Shown piece by piece: positions 1 to 8,088 of a stretch of 8,088 nt of DNA (its first letter is position 1; the number at the start of each line of letters is the position of its first letter). A program made the translations under genes and the position numbers. Under the pieces are notes generated by a model. The model had not been told where the DNA came from. It ran no database searches and saw nothing but the letters and a program-made list of their open reading frames with translations. Origin of the DNA: a virus (taxonomy: Duplodnaviria; Heunggongvirae; Uroviricota; Caudoviricetes); IMG/VR virus record IMGVR_UViG_2690316345_000016; one strand, written 5' to 3'.

Positions 1-102
1 CCGGAGAGTAACGGCATAGCAGAGAGCTTCGTGAAAACGATAAAGCGTGACTACATCAGTGTCATGCCCAAACCAGACGGGTTAACGGCAGCAAGCCAGT
101 AA
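1..102 (+). CDS. IS3-family (IS2 InsD-like) transposase OrfB, C-terminal fragment; 5' part lies outside the window and the end is apparently truncated by an internal deletion
   Basis: Frame-1 translation of 1-99 is [33 protein letters not shown], stop at 100-102. The [19 protein letters not shown] motif is characteristic of IS2 InsD. Confidence 0.65.
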   Translation, partial: PESNGIAESFVKTIKRDYISVMPKPDGLTAASQ

Positions 103-147
103 TGGGTTAAGTGATAACAGGTGTCTGGAAATATAGGGGCAAATCCA
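1..147 (+). mobile_element. IS2-like (IS3-family) insertion sequence, right-hand end only; the element continues leftward beyond the window
   Basis: Bases ~100-147 (taatgggttaagtgataacaggtgtctggaaatataggggcaaatcca) match the IS2 right terminal inverted repeat as I recall it, ending in GGGGCAAATCCA at 136-147. The upstream coding sequence is an IS2 InsD-type transposase C-terminus. Compared with recalled canonical IS2, about 100 bp just before the terminus appears to be missing; this is from memory, not computed. Confidence 0.7.
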
Positions 148-150
148 GCT

Positions 151-180
151 TTGAACTGGTTAACATAGTGGGATTATAAG
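151..180 (+). promoter_or_regulatory. Candidate sigma70 promoter for the HNH operon, directly abutting the IS2 terminus
   Basis: TTGAAC at 151-156 (5/6 to TTGACA), 18-bp spacer, TATAAG at 175-180 (5/6 to TATAAT); followed by SD AGGAGG at 201-206 and ATG at 211. Confidence 0.3.
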
Positions 181-210
181 CACCGAAGTAGTACTTCAGC
201 AGGAGGCGAT

Positions 211-939
211 ATGAACAGAAAGCAATTCATCCAGTCACACGGAGCTACTTGCAGTAACTGGACGTGGAGTTGGTCATTTGTTAACCATGAAAAGAAGATG
301 GTCATCTTTGGGTCATGGGATGTTGAGAGTGAGCATGAGCGATCTGTAATACTCCGTGAGAAATGGGAATACAACTCAAACAACAAAAAACAACCGGGAT
401 ACACCCAGGCTCTGGAACACATCAGGTTAGTCCATGAAGGCTACGAACTTTACACCTTCAATATGGTTTTCGCAGAACATCCGGATAATCCCGAAATTGC
501 AGTAATCAAAGATTTTGAGCGTAAATTAAACAAGCGATATCTTCGTAAAGAAGGCGTTGTTTGGTATGCAGACTTCTTACCTAATCCATTCCCCGATGAA
601 ATTCCTTCAGGAGAGAGTTTTGTTGAAGGTGCAAAGACTCAAGTAACAGTGAACTACTACGAACGCGATCCAAAGGCCAGACAAGCCTGCATCCAGCATC
701 ACGGTACTACCTGTAAATGCTGTGGCTTCGATTTTGAGAAGGTCTATGGTACACATGGCCGTGGGTTCATTCATGTACATCACATCAAGCCGCTTCATAC
801 GATTGGGGAAAACTATGTAGTAAACCCCGTAACAGATATGATCCCATTATGTCCAAACTGCCATGCAATGGTACATCGTGGAAGCGGTGTACTTCCAATT
901 GCAGACTTGAAAAAGAAAATGACATTATGGAGCGAGTAA
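211..939 (+). CDS. McrA-like HNH endonuclease with a distinct Trp-rich N-terminal domain (candidate type IV / modification-dependent restriction nuclease)
   Basis: 242-aa ORF with strong SD (AGGAGG) before the ATG. The C-terminus CKCCGF...GFIHVHHIKPL...ENYVVNPVTDMIPLCPNCHAMVH is a classic zinc-finger HNH motif (CxxC...HH.xP...N...LCPNCH..H), very close in pattern to E. coli McrA (recalled). The N-terminal ~160 aa (GATCSNWTWSWSFVNHEKKMVIFGSWD...) is aromatic-rich and unassigned. Confidence 0.8.
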   Translation: MNRKQFIQSHGATCSNWTWSWSFVNHEKKMVIFGSWDVESEHERSVILREKWEYNSNNKKQPGYTQALEHIRLVHEGYELYTFNMVFAEHPDNPEIAVIKDFERKLNKRYLRKEGVVWYADFLPNPFPDEIPSGESFVEGAKTQVTVNYYERDPKARQACIQHHGTTCKCCGFDFEKVYGTHGRGFIHVHHIKPLHTIGENYVVNPVTDMIPLCPNCHAMVHRGSGVLPIADLKKKMTLWSE

Positions 940-1731
940 ATGGATTTATCACAATTGAGTAACGTCGAATTGATGCAACTGAATCAGTTGACGCTTGATG
1001 AGTTAGAACGACGAGAGGTTATCAGAACCAGAAACAATCCTATCAGTGAGTACACTGAATGGCTGATTGCGGAAAAGATGCAAATGGTACTGGCTGCACC
1101 TAGTACTAAAGGGTATGACGCTACAACGATTGATGATCGAAAAATTCAGATTAAGTCTCGTAAGAATAATTTAAAAAACCGAACGTTAATTCTTGGAATT
1201 ATCAGAAATTATGATCTGAACCAATTCGATGAACTCATTGCCGTAATATATAACCATGATTTCTCAATTCGTTATGCTATATCCATACCACATGGATTAG
1301 TGAAGGAATATGGTTTTTATAATGAGCACCAGAATGGTTACACTCTAAGAATCAGCAATTTATTACTTAATGATCCACGTGTAACAGATATCATTGAATT
1401 CATTGATCCAGACACTGAACGTTCAAAGGAAGAGATCACGGTGAAGCCAGATTCAAACACTATTCGGGATGTACAGACAATAGGAATGCAGACATTTGTT
1501 GAGTACTATCAATATGTTGAAGGTGGAATGGACACAACTGATCTTGTTGAAAAGATGATAACTGACCATCCAGAGTGGAAGGAAAGTACTGCAAGAACAA
1601 AGGCATCTTCAATGCGAAGAGTATTCAAGAATGGCGACAACATTGAGGTACTAAAAATCATCTATAAGTCGAATCACCCAGCAATAACGCATGAGATTAA
1701 GAGTAAACTGATGACGCTTTGGGATAAATGA
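940..1731 (+). CDS. Hypothetical protein translationally coupled to the HNH gene; N-terminal PD-(D/E)xK / Mrr-like nuclease motif suspected
   Basis: 263-aa ORF; its ATG at 940 immediately follows the HNH stop TAA at 937-939. Residues ~57-72 TKGYDATTIDDRKIQIKSR (nt ~1108-1165) fit a D-x9-QxK arrangement after a Glu-containing helix (EYTEWLIAEKM), resembling PD-(D/E)xK cores. AT-rich codon usage, distinct from the HNH gene. Confidence 0.65.
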   Translation: MDLSQLSNVELMQLNQLTLDELERREVIRTRNNPISEYTEWLIAEKMQMVLAAPSTKGYDATTIDDRKIQIKSRKNNLKNRTLILGIIRNYDLNQFDELIAVIYNHDFSIRYAISIPHGLVKEYGFYNEHQNGYTLRISNLLLNDPRVTDIIEFIDPDTERSKEEITVKPDSNTIRDVQTIGMQTFVEYYQYVEGGMDTTDLVEKMITDHPEWKESTARTKASSMRRVFKNGDNIEVLKIIYKSNHPAITHEIKSKLMTLWDK

Positions 1732-1775
1732 ACAAAGTTTGGGTTATATTTTTGACACAAAAAGATATAATTGTA

Positions 1776-1830
1776 GTACTTCCACCATTCGCATTTGGGT
1801 AGGTTTGTTTGGGCGATTGGTGGAAGTGTA
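1776..1830. repeat. Imperfect inverted repeat (14-bp arms, ~20-nt spacer) between convergent genes
   Basis: Left arm cttccaccattcgc (1779-1792) and right arm gcgattggtggaag (1813-1826) are reverse complements with one central mismatch; extendable by wobble pairs to ~1776/1830. It sits at the switch from AT-rich to ~balanced GC DNA. Confidence 0.5.
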
Positions 1831-2142
1831 TCAAAACGGTAATTCTCCCTGCTCACAAAACCATCCATCTTTATCATGCTGCTTATAGACTGCATTCTCA
1901 CTACTCAGATATTGCAAACCTTCCAGTACTGAACATAGCTGCGTTTCCAGTATGAACACGAAGCAAACACGCTCAATCGTGCCTAACCAGTAAGTACCTT
2001 GCTGGTGCTGGAAGAATACGCGATCCCCATATACAAACTTATCAAGGCTGTATCCCCAATAGCAGACAGTAGCCCACTTGCCTAAATGTTCAAACTGCTG
2101 TGTACCGCTTTTGATTGCCGGATCAAAACCATTCTTGCCCAT
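1831..2142 (-). CDS. Hypothetical aromatic-rich 103-aa protein
   Basis: Minus-strand ORF (MGKNGFDPAIKSGTQQFEHLGKWATVCYWGYSLDKFVYGDRVFFQHQQGTYWLG...). Upstream on the minus strand is GAGGGTG, 7 nt before the ATG. No recognisable family motif; composition differs from its neighbours. Confidence 0.5.
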   Translation of the reverse strand: MGKNGFDPAIKSGTQQFEHLGKWATVCYWGYSLDKFVYGDRVFFQHQQGTYWLGTIERVCFVFILETQLCSVLEGLQYLSSENAVYKQHDKDGWFCEQGELPF

Positions 2143-2322
2143 GTTACACCCTCGCTACCGATACTGTTTATCCATACAGTTTGTCACCACATTTCGCACA
2201 GATCCAGCCATCAAGAGCACTTACCACTAAAAATGGTAGAAATTAAAATATCGATCATTTTAATTTGATCATAAGTTAAAAGTGATTAATTATCAATCAG
2301 TTATGGAAACTGAGAGAGCAAC

Positions 2323-2832
2323 ATGAAACTCGAACATTTGGCAATTCCGATCACTTCATTGAATGGAAAATTACTCGGCGTTGAGCTGGAAACACGTGTA
2401 CTTATAGATGGTTGCCGGGTGTTGGTTGGTATAGGTAAGGAAAGTGAATACATACGTCACGTGGTCTATCAGAACCAGCTAAGAATGATTCAGGGCAAAG
2501 CCGCATGGTTTAAAGAAAAGGGGCTGTTGTGCGTGCTCAGTACTGGCAGGGGTACACGGTATGACGATCTACCATTCATACGGTACATGGCTGCTGAACC
2601 ACTGCTAACCGACGGTTACGACGTAATACGACTAAATAGACGGTTCACTGAAGAACACATCGAAAGGCTGATTTTCCCGGTACTCATCAAGAACATCATG
2701 CAGTACTGCGACAAGGTGATCGTACAAGTCACTGGCAATAACAATCACAGGATTCTACGAGAGTCGGGGATATGGGCAGTACAGGGAGAGTACAGGCCAA
2801 TCCGCTTTGAACAATGCGAACAACTTCTATAG
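2323..2832 (+). CDS. Hypothetical 169-aa protein; tentatively a degenerate, shortened EAL-like (YdiV-like) domain
   Basis: The N-terminus LAIPITSLNGKLLGVELETRV resembles the start of EAL domains (QPIvdL.tG.lvGvEaL.R; compare recalled YdiV FLPIRDNQQVLVGVELITHF). The C-terminus KVIVQVTGNNNHRILRESGIWAVQGEYRPI resembles the EAL tail (vvAEGVEt..q...l...G.d..QGy...P), but the catalytic acidic residues are replaced and the protein is ~70 aa shorter than a full EAL domain. Confidence 0.55.
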   Translation: MKLEHLAIPITSLNGKLLGVELETRVLIDGCRVLVGIGKESEYIRHVVYQNQLRMIQGKAAWFKEKGLLCVLSTGRGTRYDDLPFIRYMAAEPLLTDGYDVIRLNRRFTEEHIERLIFPVLIKNIMQYCDKVIVQVTGNNNHRILRESGIWAVQGEYRPIRFEQCEQLL

Positions 2833-2842
2833 GGAAATAACA

Positions 2843-3166
2843 ATGAAAATACTAATCGTCATGTTGGTAGTACTGCTCACATGCTGCGGCAGCGTACATC
2901 ACTCATTCATGGATAAAGCCTTTGTAGGCACCGTAGATAACAAAGCTACAATAGTACTGTTCGACGCTGGCACACGAAACGGGGTGAAGTACTACCGGCC
3001 TCAGTTTCATAGTGATTGTGGCCGCACCTACAATCCGATTTACCAGGTGGACAATGGCAGTACTATGTGCTTAATACGAGATACACGTATTACTCATTTA
3101 AAATTATACAATATGTATATGGTTAAAGTTATTCCCAATGCAAACGACAGTATCTATGAGAGGTAA
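2843..3166 (+). CDS. Small exported protein or lipoprotein (107 aa)
   Basis: Begins MKILIVMLVVLLTCCGS, a signal peptide with Cys residues after the hydrophobic core (non-canonical lipobox). GGGA lies 9 nt upstream of the ATG at 2843. The ORF track's upstream start at 2807 would overlap the previous gene and place the signal peptide internally, so 2843 is preferred. It starts 10 nt after the stop of the 169-aa gene. Confidence 0.55.
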   Translation: MKILIVMLVVLLTCCGSVHHSFMDKAFVGTVDNKATIVLFDAGTRNGVKYYRPQFHSDCGRTYNPIYQVDNGSTMCLIRDTRITHLKLYNMYMVKVIPNANDSIYER

Positions 3167-3343
3167 GGGGATAAAGACTGTGGTTGTATGTAATTAACAA
3201 TCAATAAAAGAATACACTTAATCCTTCTAATATGGCTCTGACACCTGATGTAACTTTTTAGTTGCAAAGTAAAATTTATGGTCCATAATCGATTTATATT
3301 GCTGGTTGGAGCAGGTTTAAACTAAGATAATTAATGGTGCGAA

Positions 3344-3805
3344 ATGAAAATTACAGAAGAGTTAATTTATAAAACATTCAGTAATACCTTTGAAGGAACA
3401 ATGATATTATTAAAGATTTCAATTCTTAGTACACTAATAACTTTATTCATTCTTATTAATGGTGCAGATCCTGGGGCGATAGAATCCATAAAGGTGGTCT
3501 TTGCTACACTTGCATTGTATGCGATGTCTGTAGGGATTGGCTTAGGTGCAATGTTGCTTTCACCAATTACCTATAAAGTGGCTGATTGTTTCGAACTTAA
3601 AGCAAATAGCCCCTTATGCAAAGTGATTAGTATCGTATATGGGATGGTGTATTTTGCTACAACATATGTAATAGCTACTTATTTGACTTATCTGATTACT
3701 GATAGTTATAGGACAGGAAAAGAATTAGTAGCTGTTTACGTAATTAGTACTGTGACAATATCTTTTATCCAAGCACGTCGTCTCTATAAACTCATTGGTC
3801 AATAA
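3344..3805 (+). CDS. Integral membrane protein, ~4 predicted TM helices (153 aa)
   Basis: Four hydrophobic stretches (approx. residues 20-40, 50-76, 95-118, 127-142) in MKITEELIYK...MILLKISILSTLITLFILING...IKVVFATLALYAMSVGIGLGAMLL... Very AT-rich. Only a weak SD (GGTG). Confidence 0.55.
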   Translation: MKITEELIYKTFSNTFEGTMILLKISILSTLITLFILINGADPGAIESIKVVFATLALYAMSVGIGLGAMLLSPITYKVADCFELKANSPLCKVISIVYGMVYFATTYVIATYLTYLITDSYRTGKELVAVYVISTVTISFIQARRLYKLIGQ

Positions 3806-3834
3806 ACTGGCCGTGGTTATTGATGATTTAGTAA

Positions 3835-3854
3835 AGGCCCACAGAAGCGGGCCT
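3835..3854. terminator. Hairpin between convergent genes (probable bidirectional intrinsic terminator)
   Basis: aggccc (3835-3840), 8-nt loop acagaagc, gggcct (3849-3854); flanked by A/T-rich sequence on both sides, with TTTAC immediately following the stem on the minus-strand transcript. Confidence 0.45.
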
Positions 3855-3871
3855 GTTAATAATATATCAAA

Positions 3872-4231
3872 TTAAAATTCATCTAAAGTACTTCTTTTCT
3901 CGTCTATTACATTAAACTCTAAAAGTCCATCATTAACCTCAAAAGTAACGGTGGTTGAATATGAATCATCAATATCCATATCCTTACACATGTTATAAAT
4001 GAAGTAGCTAATGCTATAATGCAAAACGTAGATATTTTCGTCTAAGTATTCAATATCATCTATAATGAAATAGTCAGTAGATTGTGCTCTTGAATCAATG
4101 AAATCTAAATCAATATCCAAAATCTTTTTTAAAGTTATGTCACTATGATTTTTATCTAAGTAGTCATAGAGAATTTTTTCAGCTTCTTTCCCGTGGGTTG
4201 GAAGTGTTAAATTGAATGGATAGGTAGTCAT
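3872..4231 (-). CDS. Strongly acidic small protein (119 aa), function unknown; candidate DNA-mimic or immunity-type protein
   Basis: Minus-strand ORF MTTYPFNLTLPTHGKEAEK...; by my count 18 Asp + 8 Glu versus 7 Lys + 2 Arg. SD-like AAAGG ~10 nt upstream of the ATG on the minus strand. Extremely AT-rich. Confidence 0.55.
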   Translation of the reverse strand: MTTYPFNLTLPTHGKEAEKILYDYLDKNHSDITLKKILDIDLDFIDSRAQSTDYFIIDDIEYLDENIYVLHYSISYFIYNMCKDMDIDDSYSTTVTFEVNDGLLEFNVIDEKRSTLDEF

Positions 4232-4405
4232 TACATAAACCTTTAGTCAAATAATTAATGGTTAACTTTATAAGTACTAAAATAGCATGATGAATTAAAA
4301 TATTCAATGAAAAGAGAAGGTACTCCCAACACAACTACCAATACGCGAGTTTTCGGCACCGAATGCTTTCATTCGTATGTGACATTTTAGATGTACACAA
4401 AACAT

Positions 4406-6845
<2,440 letters not shown>

Positions 6846-6857
6846 TAAGGATATTAA

Positions 6858-8088
<1,231 letters not shown>

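Noticed and set aside
174-422. 82-aa minus-strand ORF overlapping the start of the HNH gene
   Set aside because: Entirely antisense to a well-supported CDS with a strong RBS; no RBS or motif of its own. Likely a spurious ORF.
607-798. 63-aa minus-strand ORF inside the HNH gene
   Set aside because: Antisense to the HNH motif-encoding region; no independent support.
211-939. HNH protein as the small terminase-associated HNH (HK97 gp74-type) needed for cos cleavage
   Set aside because: Those proteins are ~100 aa and sit directly beside the terminase genes; this one is 242 aa with a large extra domain, lies 3.5 kb away across unrelated genes, and is coupled to its own partner gene.
1752-1771. 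Perfect TTGACA (1752-1757) and TATAAT (1765-1770) hexamers
   Set aside because: They are only 7 bp apart, far from the 16-18 bp needed for a sigma70 promoter; with proper spacing the -10 candidate is poor. Not called as a promoter.
1674-1901. 75-aa minus-strand ORF spanning the end of the partner gene and the inverted repeat
   Set aside because: Overlaps the 3' end of a supported gene and an intergenic hairpin; low-complexity translation; no RBS.
2086-2268. 60-aa plus-strand ORF overlapping the start of the 103-aa minus-strand gene
   Set aside because: Lies largely in the divergent promoter region; no RBS; the minus-strand ORF is the better-supported reading.
2807-2842. Upstream start (MNNANNFYREIT...) given by the ORF track for the small exported protein
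   Set aside because: It would overlap the preceding gene and place the signal peptide internally; the ATG at 2843 has an SD and puts the signal peptide at the N-terminus.

Overview
The window reads as a short, decaying lambdoid-type prophage segment bounded by two insertion sequences, with accessory cargo between them. From left to right: (i) the right-hand end of an IS2-like (IS3-family) element at 1-147; (ii) a tightly coupled two-gene operon at 211-1731 encoding a McrA-like HNH endonuclease and a partner protein with a PD-(D/E)xK-like motif, which is the most system-like candidate here (possible modification-dependent restriction or defence module); (iii) a patchwork of small genes of differing base composition at 1831-4231: a 103-aa protein on the minus strand, a 169-aa protein with degenerate EAL-like motifs followed by a small exported or lipoprotein, a 4-TM membrane protein, and a convergent, strongly acidic 119-aa protein; (iv) a phage DNA-packaging block at 4441-7978: Nu1-like small terminase, gpA-like large terminase broken by a 1-nt frameshift in a G-run, an unknown 176-aa protein, and the start of a probable portal gene; (v) the right end of IS1 at 7974-8088, which cuts the portal gene and supplies its stop codon. 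All identifications rest on reading the translations and on recalled family signatures; no database search was run. IS and terminase calls are strong, while the functional calls for the small accessory genes are hypotheses.
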